Part shown: piece after piece, positions 1 to 9,534 of the stretch
Layout of the letters: the number at the start of each line of letters is the position of its first letter
Numbering within the stretch: position 1 is the first letter of the stretch
Source of the DNA: Patescibacteria group bacterium
GTDB lineage: Bacteria > Patescibacteriota > Microgenomatia > UBA8517
DNA length: 64,000 bases
Reading direction: 5' to 3'
Assembly (NCBI GenBank): GCA_035291665.1
Contig: DATDRP010000001.1
Location: 66,569 to 130,568, forward strand
Position numbers and translations under genes: made by a program
Notes under the pieces: generated by a model
Databases searched by the model: none
Seen by the model: the letters and a program-made list of their open reading frames with translations, nothing else
What the model was told of the DNA's origin: nothing

Positions 1-1
1 A

Positions 2-301
2 ACTTCGGATTTTTTGAAAGAATTAGAAAAATATCTTGAATCCGGGGTGGTGGATTATTGTTTGGTTAATAAAAGTAAAACGATTCCGAAAAACATTCTT
101 TCACGGTATAAAAGTGAAAAGGCTTATCCTGTGGAAGATGATTTACGAAACGGAAATGGTGTAAAAGTTATCCGGGCAAACCTTATTTCAAAAAAAGTTT
201 ATGAAAAACCCGAAAGCGACAAACTTATGCGAAGCCTGATCCGCCACGACCCGGACAAGTTAGCTTCCAAAATTGTTAATCTAATTGAAGGTAGTGATTA
301 A
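2..301 (+). CDS. 3' fragment of a gene entering from upstream of the window; C-terminus resembles the YvcK/CofD-like (UPF0052, gluconeogenesis factor) family
   Basis: The frame is open back to position 2, so the TTG/Met at 14 is probably internal. The motif pattern 'VDYCLVN...IP...L..Y....PV..D.....GVKVI.A.L' is reminiscent of YvcK-family C-termini. Confidence 0.35.
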   Translation, partial: TSDFLKELEKYLESGVVDYCLVNKSKTIPKNILSRYKSEKAYPVEDDLRNGNGVKVIRANLISKKVYEKPESDKLMRSLIRHDPDKLASKIVNLIEGSD

Positions 302-395
302 TACTGACCTACAAAACTCCCAACTACTGGGTGGGCACGGAAACACAATTTAGCCGCTTGTTCTTCTGGTATATGGATTTTATACTTAGACTGAT

Positions 396-716
396 ATGGA
401 TGATTGTATTTTTTGTAAAATTGTAACAGGAGAAACAGATACAAATGTTGAAATGGAGAATGATAGAGTGGTTCTTATCAAAGAAGCCAGACCTCTTGCC
501 CCTGTACATTATCTGATAATTCCGAAAGATCATATTAAAGATGTAACGGAATTGGAAACATATGTTTGGGAAGATGTACGGAAAATGATAACAAACATCT
601 CGACGAAGTTGAAGCTGGACGGTTTTCGTTTAACGACATACGCAGGGAGTGCAGAACTTGTTAACCATTTATCCTTTCATTTGTTATCCGGGGTTAATGA
701 CATTGAAAAAAAATAA
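396..716 (+). CDS. HIT-family (histidine triad) hydrolase
   Basis: N-terminal 'CIFCKIV' and a C-terminal histidine-triad-like 'NHLSFHLLSG'; HIT-typical size. Confidence 0.75.
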   Translation: MDDCIFCKIVTGETDTNVEMENDRVVLIKEARPLAPVHYLIIPKDHIKDVTELETYVWEDVRKMITNISTKLKLDGFRLTTYAGSAELVNHLSFHLLSGVNDIEKK

Positions 717-717
717 C

Positions 718-1116
718 ATGGATTGTATTTTTTGTAAAATAGTTAAGGGTGAAGTGCCATCATACAAAGTTTATGAAAATGAAAAATTCATATCTTTTTT
801 GGATATCAAACCCCTGACAAAAGGCAATTGTCTGGTGGTTCCAAAGGATCATTACAGGTGGACTTATGACGTTCCTGAATTTGGAGAGTATTTTGAAATT
901 GCAAAAAAAGTGGGTCTTGCGGTGCAAAAAGCTTTTGACGCGGAATGGCTTTGTTTTTTAACTTTGGGATGGGAAGTTCCGCATGCGCACATTAGAGTAA
1001 TTCCAAGATACAAAAATGACCTTCATGGAACAGTGATCGATACAGAAAAATTTGAATTTTTCACCGAAAATGAAATGAAAGAAATTGTGGAGAAAATTAA
1101 ACAAAATATTAAATAG
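718..1116 (+). CDS. HIT-family protein, a second tandem paralog
   Basis: 'MDCIFCKIVKGEVPSYKVYE...VPHAHIRVIP' gives a CIFCKI start plus an HxHxHxx-like motif. The ATG at 718 lies 2 nt after the stop of the previous HIT gene. Confidence 0.8.
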   Translation: MDCIFCKIVKGEVPSYKVYENEKFISFLDIKPLTKGNCLVVPKDHYRWTYDVPEFGEYFEIAKKVGLAVQKAFDAEWLCFLTLGWEVPHAHIRVIPRYKNDLHGTVIDTEKFEFFTENEMKEIVEKIKQNIK

Positions 1117-1142
1117 AATTAGTATTTTTGTAAAATATTTTT

Positions 1143-1604
1143 ATGATAAAAGGTACAATTAACAATCAAATTGCGGATGCATTAAGGGCTAAGGATGAGC
1201 TTCGGTTGACAACTCTTAGGATGTTATCTTCATCTCTTAATTATGAATTTATTGCAAAACAGCACGAACTCTCTGAAGAAGAAGAGTTAGCGGTAGTCCG
1301 AAGAGAAGTTAAAAAAAGACGCGATACGGTTGAAGAGTATAAAAAGCTTATTGAAAAAGATCCAGCAAATGTTCAGTCCAAGATTGATAAAGAGGAAGCT
1401 GAACTCAAAATCCTTCTGGAATATTTACCGACGGAGATGGGTGAGGATGAACTTAGGAAGATTGTTGATGAGGTAATTTCAGAAACAGGAGCCAGCGAGA
1501 TGCGTGATATGGGTCGTGTCATTGGACTTGTTTTGGAAAAAACCAAAGGAGCAGCGGATGGAAGGAAAATATCGGAATTAGCTAAAGAAAAACTTTTAAA
1601 GTAG
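1143..1604 (+). CDS. GatB/YqeY domain-containing protein
   Basis: The 153-aa product matches the YqeY family across its length ('ALRAKDELRLTTLRMLSS...EEYKK...LLEYLP'). Confidence 0.8.
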   Translation: MIKGTINNQIADALRAKDELRLTTLRMLSSSLNYEFIAKQHELSEEEELAVVRREVKKRRDTVEEYKKLIEKDPANVQSKIDKEEAELKILLEYLPTEMGEDELRKIVDEVISETGASEMRDMGRVIGLVLEKTKGAADGRKISELAKEKLLK

Positions 1605-1831
1605 TACTATAAAACTTCTTCTAATAAGTGTACTTTTATAGCAGAACACAAGAATACACCGAGCGTGAGCTCGTGGGATGAATTGGATTCTGATATGTCT
1701 CCTCCTTTAAAGGAAACCCCATTCGTAAGAATGAGGAGGATGTCATAACAGCATTCAAGAAAACCACCGAGTCTGATCGAGTCAAACTCGACAACCAAGT
1801 CAGACTTGGCTCGGGGGAGGATGTCATAATT

Positions 1832-2236
1832 ATGAAAGGAGCATTGATGAAGCTTGAAGTCAGATTAAGTAAGAGCGCTGATTATTTGATTCCCCGGAAT
1901 GATTTGATTGAATCCGTTAAAAACGAGTTAATCAGACTGGGTTTGAAAAATAATGCTGAAGTAAATATAAGTTTTGTGGATGAAAAGACAATGGTTGGGA
2001 TTGCCGAGCTGTATCTTAATGAAAAGAACAAGGTTCACAATGTTCTTTCATTCCCCTCAACTGAAGTGAAAGCGCCTTTTGAATATCCGGAAGGGGTGTC
2101 ACAACTCGGCGACATTGTGATATGTTATAAAAAGGCGGTTGAGGAGTCGCGTCTCGAAGGGGTTGCCATAAAGAAAAAATTAATCGACCTGGCAACGCAT
2201 GGCGCCAGGCACTTGATGGGGAAACACCATAAATGA
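1832..2236 (+). CDS. ybeY: rRNA maturation endoribonuclease YbeY
   Basis: The metal-binding motif 'HGARHLMGKHH' (H-x3-H-x5-H) is present, the size is 134 aa, and AGGAGG sits 8 nt upstream. Confidence 0.85.
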   Translation: MKGALMKLEVRLSKSADYLIPRNDLIESVKNELIRLGLKNNAEVNISFVDEKTMVGIAELYLNEKNKVHNVLSFPSTEVKAPFEYPEGVSQLGDIVICYKKAVEESRLEGVAIKKKLIDLATHGARHLMGKHHK

Positions 2237-2406
2237 ATTAATTCATAGAGAAAAGTACAAAGCGAAAAGATAAAAGAAGAAATAGATTGTAACCAAAAGG
2301 AAAAGAGACAACAGAAAGTGGTAACAAGCGACAAGTTATACGTAATACGGGAAACGAGATACGAAAAACAATAAACTAGTTAACTAAGTAACTATCTAAC
2401 AAAACT

Positions 2407-4086
2407 GTGACTACTTTATATTTAAAATACAGACCCCAGAATTTGGATGATTTGGATTTGGAAAACGTCCGAAATACTCTTAAGAATATGGTCAAATCCG
2501 GATCAATTCCCCATGCCCTTTTATTTTGCGGACCAAGGGGGTCAGGTAAAACTTCTGCCGCAAGGATTTTGGCAAAGATTGTTAACTGCGAATCAAAAGA
2601 TGTAAAAAAAAGAGGTAAAGGACTTGAAAATCCCTGTAACGAATGCGAACAATGCAAATCAATTACTCAAGGAACGAATATTGATGTTATCGAACTGGAT
2701 GCTGCATCACACAGGGGTATCGATGATGTTCGCACGCTTCGTGATGCTGTGAAACTATCTCCGGCTAAAGCCAATAAGAAGGTGTACATAATTGACGAAG
2801 CCCACATGCTTACGACGGAAGCATCAAACGCCCTTCTTAAAACACTTGAGGAACCCCCGTCCCACGTTATATTTATTTTGGCAACGACCAATCCCGAAAA
2901 GTTAATTGAAACAATTAGGTCGCGAACTGCCATCGTTAATTTTACGAAGGCGAAAATAGAGGAATTAGTCGGATCGCTACAGCAGGTTATTGATAAAGAG
3001 AAAATAAAAGCGAGCAGCGAGGTTTTGCAAACAGTTGCCGAATACTCAGACGGCTCATTCCGGGATGCCAAGAAAATTTTGGAACAGCTTGTGAACGAGG
3101 GTATTATTATTGATCCGGAAAAGGTCATTGAGTATCTCACTAACAATATCAAATTCAATTTGGTTAAGTTTTTTGAGAATTTATCGGAAAGAAATATTAA
3201 AAACGCAATCAACCAAATAGAAGTCGCACTCAACTCAGGCATGCAAGTTTCAAGTATCACCGATAAAGTCATGCAGCGTCTTCATGGTGCACTGCTGTCT
3301 GAAAACGGTTTGGGAGGAGAGAAAATACCCGGTTTTGAAGTAAAAGAAATAATATCTCTTATCAATAGAATAGCTGAAAAACTGGTGTATCAATCATATG
3401 CAGTTGTTGAACAGCTACCTTTGGAATTAGCGATTTCTGAATGGGGAAGGGTAAAAGTGAATGGCGAAAAGTCAAATGTGAATAATGGGAATGGGGAAAA
3501 CAACAATAAGGCAAATGGAAAGCCAAAAGTTAGTGAAGAATTACGAGATACTTCTGAAGACGAAACAGCGGTTAGTAAGAGTAAAAAAAAAGCAGTAATT
3601 GAGAACCCCGGTTTGGAGAATTTCGAAGGAGACGAATTTGGAGATGATTTGTGGACCAGAGTATTGACTTTGGTGCGACCCAAAAATCCTTCCACGGAAG
3701 CTTTATTGCGTGCCGCGAAACCGATGAAAATAAGCGATCAAAGCTTATTTTTGGGAGTTTATTACAGCTTCCACAAAGAGAAGCTTGAAAGCATTCAGCA
3801 TAAAAGTCTTCTTGAGGAAACATTGGAAAATATTTTGGGTAAAAAAATCAAAGTACAATGCTATTTGACTGATCCTCCTTTACGAAAAACGGCCGATGAT
3901 TTCAAAGCTCCGGAGTATATCAGAAAATCTCCAAAAACCGGAATTACTACTAATGGGAATAACGGCAACTCCGGCTACAATTTCAAAGAACCGGGAAATG
4001 GAAAACCAGATGATCATGAAGTGCTTTTGACCGAGCCGGACGATGAAGATATAATTAAACTCGCCGAAGAAATATTCGGTAAGTAA
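2407..4086 (+). CDS. dnaX: DNA polymerase III subunit gamma/tau
   Basis: 'LYLKYRPQNLDDL...ALLFCGPRGSGKTSAARILAK' (Walker A), the Zn module 'CNECEQC', 'IIDEAHML' and 'ATTNPEKL'; GTG start. Confidence 0.9.
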   Translation: MTTLYLKYRPQNLDDLDLENVRNTLKNMVKSGSIPHALLFCGPRGSGKTSAARILAKIVNCESKDVKKRGKGLENPCNECEQCKSITQGTNIDVIELDAASHRGIDDVRTLRDAVKLSPAKANKKVYIIDEAHMLTTEASNALLKTLEEPPSHVIFILATTNPEKLIETIRSRTAIVNFTKAKIEELVGSLQQVIDKEKIKASSEVLQTVAEYSDGSFRDAKKILEQLVNEGIIIDPEKVIEYLTNNIKFNLVKFFENLSERNIKNAINQIEVALNSGMQVSSITDKVMQRLHGALLSENGLGGEKIPGFEVKEIISLINRIAEKLVYQSYAVVEQLPLELAISEWGRVKVNGEKSNVNNGNGENNNKANGKPKVSEELRDTSEDETAVSKSKKKAVIENPGLENFEGDEFGDDLWTRVLTLVRPKNPSTEALLRAAKPMKISDQSLFLGVYYSFHKEKLESIQHKSLLEETLENILGKKIKVQCYLTDPPLRKTADDFKAPEYIRKSPKTGITTNGNNGNSGYNFKEPGNGKPDDHEVLLTEPDDEDIIKLAEEIFGK

Positions 4087-4133
4087 AGGAGGTGACTTTA
4101 TTAGCAGTTAGCTTTACGCTACAGACTAAAAAT

Positions 4134-4424
4134 ATGTTTGACAAGGTTAAACAAGCACAGCAATTACTCAAGATGCGTCAGCAGGCTATGCAGCTCAAGA
4201 AAAAGTTGGAAGAACTTCACCACACAGAAGATGCTGGTGATAACAGCGTGACGATAAACGGAGCGCAAGAAGTAACGAAGATTGTCGTAGATGGTGAAGA
4301 AAGGAAAGATGTATTGGACTTGATAAACAAAGCAAATAAAAATATTCAAAAAGAAGCAGCAAAAAAAATGATGCAGGAAGGTGGAGGATTGTCAGGTCTT
4401 CTTGGAGGAATGGGTGGAATGTAG
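4134..4424 (+). CDS. ybaB: Nucleoid-associated protein YbaB/EbfC
   Basis: 'MFDKVKQAQQLLKMRQQ...VTINGAQEVTKIVVD' matches YbaB and the gene sits in the canonical position after dnaX. The ATG at 4134 is preferred over the longer ORF starting at 4092. Confidence 0.75.
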   Translation: MFDKVKQAQQLLKMRQQAMQLKKKLEELHHTEDAGDNSVTINGAQEVTKIVVDGEERKDVLDLINKANKNIQKEAAKKMMQEGGGLSGLLGGMGGM

Positions 4425-4919
4425 GCCACGAATTTTCTTCGAATTAAGCTAAAAACTCTGCGAATTAAGGATGGTTTAAAGCGTCTGATAGTGATTATTT
4501 TTTCCTGTGTTTAATGTATGGTAATTTCCTAAAGAGGTTTCACTTCATCATCAATGTTCATTCCCTGGGTTTTCAATGTACATTTTCTTCTTGACAATAA
4601 AGACTCGGACCAAGATTTAGCTTTTCCTGTTTCACCACGATTGGGTGTGTCTGGATGTACGCTTTGATTTCAGTATCTTAAGCTGGAATATACTTTATAC
4701 TTGCAACAAAATCAAGCTACTACGAAAATACAAAATATTTATGCCGATGTAAACAATTTATTATGTATATAATGTGTGACTTGTTACGTATTTTTTCGGT
4801 AATATATAACGATTTATGCCTAACTCATGTCACATATAATGATATATGTTACATGATATAGTGTTAAAAAAGCTTTAACGGTCAATAATTATTGTAAAAA
4901 AATATAATTTAAAACCAGA

Positions 4920-5210
4920 TTATGAAGTAGATATTGTTGTTTTTACTCCTTTTGCGACAACCGATGTGAATTTGCCATCATCTGCTGTTGCATTAAGTGT
5001 GAAAATATCTGGCATTGTAATTATTATCGAATGATTATTGAAATTATCGGAGTATTTTTCTTTAAGGTATGTTTCAACATCAGATTGAGCATAAGTTTCA
5101 GCTATAGTACAACCATCGCCTACAAAATCGTATGGTTTTCCACATTTTTGAGAAAAAGAACAACCCCAAGTTTTCTTCAGGTGACAATAATTTAATATTT
5201 TTTCGGCCAT
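4920..5210 (-). CDS. Hypothetical small Cys-containing protein (96 aa) in an AT-rich insert between ybaB and recR
   Basis: This is the only sizeable ORF in the 0.9-kb AT-rich spacer. Its Cys pattern is C-x7-C-x5-C-x10-C. There is no SD and no recognisable family. Confidence 0.3.
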   Translation of the reverse strand: MAEKILNYCHLKKTWGCSFSQKCGKPYDFVGDGCTIAETYAQSDVETYLKEKYSDNFNNHSIIITMPDIFTLNATADDGKFTSVVAKGVKTTISTS

Positions 5211-5340
5211 ATTTTATGTGAACTTAATCAGGATATACTAACATAGTATTTTCTTATAAGCAATTTATACATTTTCGTGTACGTAACACAATGTAAGGTA
5301 AGTATTTCAAGTCAAGATAATTTTGTTAGAATTAGTAGTT

Positions 5341-5949
5341 ATGAAAATTCCCAGAGTTATAACCGATCTTACTGAATCATTTCAAAAGCTTCCCGGAATT
5401 GGTCCGAAAACAGCACAACGCCTGACATATTATCTTTTGCATGTTCCCCAGGAGCAATTGGCAGAATTTGCCGGTTCTTTATTAAAACTTAAGAAAAACT
5501 CTCTTCTTTGCAGTATTTGTAAAAACGTAACCGAGGAGGATCCTTGTGAAATCTGCTCAGATATTAAACGTGATAAAACGATAATGCTTGTTGTTGAACA
5601 ACCTTTGGACGTTTTGGCGATAGATAAAACGTCCAAATTTAACGGTTTATATCATGTGCTTCACGGTTCAATTAATCCGCTTGAAAATATCGGACCTGAT
5701 GAGATATTCATTCCGCAGCTTTTAGACCGGATAAAACTTAATACGGATAATTTGAATGAAATAATAATCGCTACGAATCCAACGATGGAGGGTGATGCAA
5801 CGGCAATGTACCTTAGCAAGAAGATAAAAGAGAAAAGTGAAAAGATGAAAGTTACAAGGCTGGGGATGGGAATTCCGACGGGGGCTGATCTTGAATATGC
5901 TGATGAAGTAACACTAACTCAAGCAATTGAAGGAAGAAGGGAAATGTGA
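5341..5949 (+). CDS. recR: Recombination protein RecR
   Basis: 'FQKLPGIGPKTAQRL' (HhH), the C4 zinc finger 'CSICKNVTEEDPCEICSD', and a Toprim region. Confidence 0.9.
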   Translation: MKIPRVITDLTESFQKLPGIGPKTAQRLTYYLLHVPQEQLAEFAGSLLKLKKNSLLCSICKNVTEEDPCEICSDIKRDKTIMLVVEQPLDVLAIDKTSKFNGLYHVLHGSINPLENIGPDEIFIPQLLDRIKLNTDNLNEIIIATNPTMEGDATAMYLSKKIKEKSEKMKVTRLGMGIPTGADLEYADEVTLTQAIEGRREM

Positions 5950-6046
5950 GATTGGGTTTTGGAAGGCAGGTAGTAGGTTGTAGGGAATAGGAGATTAGAA
6001 GTTAGTGAAAATTCGTGTTCTGAATTCGTAATTAATAAGTGATCCT

Positions 6047-6490
6047 ATGAATATTTTTAAGAACAAGACGAAAGATTTTTTCAGTTTATTGAAAAAACAA
6101 GTAAAAGAAGAATCCGGAGAGATGGTGAAGCATACTTCATCACAAATCACAGGTGAAGATACGCATATCACCGACGTTAACCAGCCGTCAGAGGTTGCGG
6201 AGGCAATGCAGTCGGATAAACCCGATCTTACGGACGAGGAAGAAGTTGCGCTTCAAAGAAAACATATCGAAAGAGTCAAGGCAAATGAAGACGAGCTTGC
6301 CAAATACCGTAAAATTCGGGAACAGCTTACGGAGCAAAGGAATCAGGAGTTTGATAAAAAAATGGGAAAAATTATCGAACCCGGTGCGCCTATGGAAAAA
6401 CCATTTGTTGTCCCCAAAAGCAAACCTTCAAGAAGAATGGGTTCCGGTCAGAAAGGATCGAGTGTAGAGATGAGGAAGAGTAAACAATAA
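6047..6490 (+). CDS. Hypothetical K/E-rich protein
   Basis: A 147-aa charged, low-complexity product with no known motif. An alternative frame at 6153-6467 overlaps it. Confidence 0.35.
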   Translation: MNIFKNKTKDFFSLLKKQVKEESGEMVKHTSSQITGEDTHITDVNQPSEVAEAMQSDKPDLTDEEEVALQRKHIERVKANEDELAKYRKIREQLTEQRNQEFDKKMGKIIEPGAPMEKPFVVPKSKPSRRMGSGQKGSSVEMRKSKQ

Positions 6491-6646
6491 TAATTAGCGA
6501 AAAGAGAAAAGGGAAAAGAGAAAATTAGTTAATAGTTAAAAGAGAAAAGCGAAAAGAAGTAGAAGATAGGTACTAGGAAATAGGCAATAAGGATAAGAGG
6601 TAAATTCTTCTTTGCCTGAAGATAGCCCTGATGTAGAATAGCAATT

Positions 6647-8065
6647 ATGGAAACCGTTAAGCTTTACAATACCCTCACACGAAAGAAAGAGGTTTTAAAA
6701 ACGATCAGAGAGAATGAAGTTGGTATTTATTCCTGCGGACCCACAGTATATTGGAACCAGCATATCGGCAACATGTATGCATTTATTCAGTGGGATTTAC
6801 TTGTCCGATCCTTAAAATTCCTAGGGATGAAGGTTAAATGGGTGATGAACATAACCGACGTCGGGCACATGTCCGGAGACAATGAAGGTAATGCCGATAC
6901 CGGTGAAGACCGTATGGAAAAAGGAGCAAAGAGAGAAGGTCTTACGGTTTGGGAAGTGGCAGATAAATATATCAAACAGTTCACTAATAGTTTACATCTT
7001 CTGAATGTCAAAGATCCGGACATACTTTGCCGGGCAACTGAACACATAAACGAACAAATTGATCTGATAAAAAAGATCGAAGCCAATGGATATACTTACA
7101 AAACAAATAAAGGGTTGGTTTTTGATACGGCAAAGTTCACCGATTATGCAAAGTTCGCAAACCTTGATCTTACAAAACAGAAAAAAAGAGAAGATGTCGA
7201 AGATGATCCGGAAAAAAAGAATCCTTGGGATTTCTTCCTGTGGGTGACCGGCAATAAAAATCATATTATGCAGTGGGACAGTCCTTGGGGAAAAGGATAT
7301 CCCGGCTGGCACATTGAATGTACGGCGATGTCGACAAAGTACCTGGGAGATAATTTTGATATCCATACCGGCGGCATTGAGCATATCGGAATTCACCACA
7401 CTAATGAAATAGCGCAGGGTTTCGGAGCATTCGGCAAGAGTACCGCAAATTACTGGCTTCATAACGCCTGGCTTTTGGGTAAAAAAGGAGAAAAGCTCAG
7501 TAAGAGTTTAGGAAATATTGTCACGGTTCAGGAACTCATCGAAAAAGGTTATGATCCGATTGCCTTTAGATATTTAGTCTTAAATTCCCACTACCGGAAG
7601 GGTTTGAATTTTTCATTTGAAGCTCTTGATGCGGCAAATGAGGCACTAATAAATTTACGAAATATAAAAGTAGGCTTAAAGAACAGCAATATTAGAACGA
7701 ATTTATCCGATGAAAAACTTTCCAAAGCAGAGGAATTTCAAACTGAATTTCGAAAAGCACTTTGTGAAGACCTGAATATACCCAATGCTTTGGCGGTTTT
7801 ATGGAAAACTTTAAAAAGCAATATTCCTTCAGAAGATAAATATGATTTAGTTACAACATTTGATGAAGTCTTCGGACTGGGTTTGGAATCTTATACACCG
7901 GAAAAAGTGGAGCTAACAGATGTTGTAAAGAAGTTGGTTGAAGAAAGAGAAGTATATCGGAAAAATAAAGATTTCGAAAAAGCTGATAATATACGATTGG
8001 AACTGGATAAAAAAGGCTACATAGTTGAAGACCTACCAGGTGGGCAAAAAGTAAGAAAAAAGTAA
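6647..8065 (+). CDS. cysS: Cysteine--tRNA ligase
   Basis: 'CGPTVY', a HIGH-like 'HIGN', the KMSKS motif as 'KLSKSLGN', a 'GWHIEC' zinc site, and a length of 472 aa. Confidence 0.9.
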   Translation: METVKLYNTLTRKKEVLKTIRENEVGIYSCGPTVYWNQHIGNMYAFIQWDLLVRSLKFLGMKVKWVMNITDVGHMSGDNEGNADTGEDRMEKGAKREGLTVWEVADKYIKQFTNSLHLLNVKDPDILCRATEHINEQIDLIKKIEANGYTYKTNKGLVFDTAKFTDYAKFANLDLTKQKKREDVEDDPEKKNPWDFFLWVTGNKNHIMQWDSPWGKGYPGWHIECTAMSTKYLGDNFDIHTGGIEHIGIHHTNEIAQGFGAFGKSTANYWLHNAWLLGKKGEKLSKSLGNIVTVQELIEKGYDPIAFRYLVLNSHYRKGLNFSFEALDAANEALINLRNIKVGLKNSNIRTNLSDEKLSKAEEFQTEFRKALCEDLNIPNALAVLWKTLKSNIPSEDKYDLVTTFDEVFGLGLESYTPEKVELTDVVKKLVEEREVYRKNKDFEKADNIRLELDKKGYIVEDLPGGQKVRKK

Positions 8066-8114
8066 GTGTTTCTTTGCTATGGCTTCGGGGTGTCATGATA
8101 TTGTAATATTAAAA

Positions 8115-8951
8115 ATGATGAAAAAGATTTTTCTTTTGGCAGTTTTATTCTTCATCTTTTTTGGAAATGTCGCGTACGCTCAAAATACAACAAGAGCTGA
8201 ATTTTCAATTCTTTACAACGCCTACAGAAAAAAATATGACGAATACCTTGTTGCCCATGATGAATATACGCTTGCCAGAAGCCAGTATGAAAAATTTGAC
8301 ACGCTGACTTCCCGGGAGAAAGCTCAGGTAGAAACTGCAAAAATGCTGATCAAACGGGATGAGGTCATGGTTTTGTATTTCACCGCTTTGAAAGCGCGTT
8401 TGGATGACACATCACTGGAGATGGATGAAGCACGGAAAAATGAACTAAAGAGCCTTATTGATACTGAAATACAATGGTATAACGAGCATAAATCAAGAAT
8501 AAAGACTAATCAAACCCTCAAAGAACTTGTAATTATTTCCAACGAAGGACAGGATCATTACTATGGAAATGATAATACGATTTACTTAAGTTTATTTGAA
8601 ATTTCGAGAGCCAGAATGACCCGTTACGACAATAGATTTGATGAGCTTTTCTTAAGGCTAACGAGCTTGACCGAAACGATCAAGGCTGAAAAAAGAGATG
8701 AGTATAAATTAAGCGATTCGAAGATTGAGCGGATAGACAGGTGGATAGGTGAGGTTAATAACAAGGAAGCGGAATATAACTTGACTATGGAAGAGGCAGT
8801 AAAGTTAACTCCCGAGCAGGGAGATCGAAATAGAAGCAAGAATCTTTATAACGCCGCGCTTGAGAGTATGGAAGAGGCGTTGGCAATTTTAAAACAACGA
8901 ATCTCGTTTGTGAACGAAGTTATCCGTGAAATAAAAATATCAGAAAAATGA
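8115..8951 (+). CDS. Hypothetical secreted coiled-coil protein
   Basis: Signal peptide 'MMKKIFLLAVLFFIFFGNVAYAQ'; the remainder is helical and charged. The ORF can also start at 8079. Confidence 0.45.
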   Translation: MMKKIFLLAVLFFIFFGNVAYAQNTTRAEFSILYNAYRKKYDEYLVAHDEYTLARSQYEKFDTLTSREKAQVETAKMLIKRDEVMVLYFTALKARLDDTSLEMDEARKNELKSLIDTEIQWYNEHKSRIKTNQTLKELVIISNEGQDHYYGNDNTIYLSLFEISRARMTRYDNRFDELFLRLTSLTETIKAEKRDEYKLSDSKIERIDRWIGEVNNKEAEYNLTMEEAVKLTPEQGDRNRSKNLYNAALESMEEALAILKQRISFVNEVIREIKISEK

Positions 8952-9517
8952 AGCTAAAAAAGAATTATCAGGATATTCAGGGGCCAAAAGTGTCAGCTGA
9001 TCCATCATTGGAAGGTAATCCTTCAGGACGGGACGTAAAAAAAGAAATATCGGGAAAAATAACTTCCAGGATAAAAGAATTATTCGGTGGAAAAAAAGAA
9101 GGTACTACGGCGGGAACAGAAAAAGAGGCTGAAGGTCAAAAGTATTATCAGGGGCAACAAACAGAAAAATTATTTGATCCGAAAGATTTGTTTACTAACA
9201 TGTCTCCCCAAAAGGCAATTAAGCTGGTGGGGTTAGCTATTATTGTTATAGTAATAGTAGGTGCCATATATGTCCGATTTATACGTACAACTCCGATCAG
9301 AAATGAAACAACAATTGTAACCCCGCCAACACCCACATATTCGCCATATCAGAAGTTTGAACCGTCAATTTATGCATCGGACCCCGAATTCAAAAGCATT
9401 GAAGAAGCTATGAATGTCCTGACTCAAGAAGCAACAACTACACCCCTGAAAGAAACTACTCTTGAACCCCCCAATTTGGACTACAAAATAGAATTTAAGG
9501 GTATTGAAGTAGATTGA
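8948..9517 (+). CDS. Hypothetical single-pass membrane protein
   Basis: TM helix 'AIKLVGLAIIVIVIVGAIYV'; the start overlaps the previous stop (ATGA). Confidence 0.45.
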   Translation: MKLKKNYQDIQGPKVSADPSLEGNPSGRDVKKEISGKITSRIKELFGGKKEGTTAGTEKEAEGQKYYQGQQTEKLFDPKDLFTNMSPQKAIKLVGLAIIVIVIVGAIYVRFIRTTPIRNETTIVTPPTPTYSPYQKFEPSIYASDPEFKSIEEAMNVLTQEATTTPLKETTLEPPNLDYKIEFKGIEVD

Positions 9518-9534
9518 TTGGCTACATTTAAATT

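Noticed and set aside
2667-3272. A 201-aa minus-strand ORF (with others at 3390-3823) inside dnaX
   Set aside because: It lies antisense within a well-supported dnaX reading frame, has a low-complexity Ser/Phe-rich translation and has no start context. It is a shadow ORF.
6787-7462. Minus-strand ORFs of 99 and 156 aa inside cysS
   Set aside because: They are antisense to cysS with its conserved motifs, so they are shadow ORFs.
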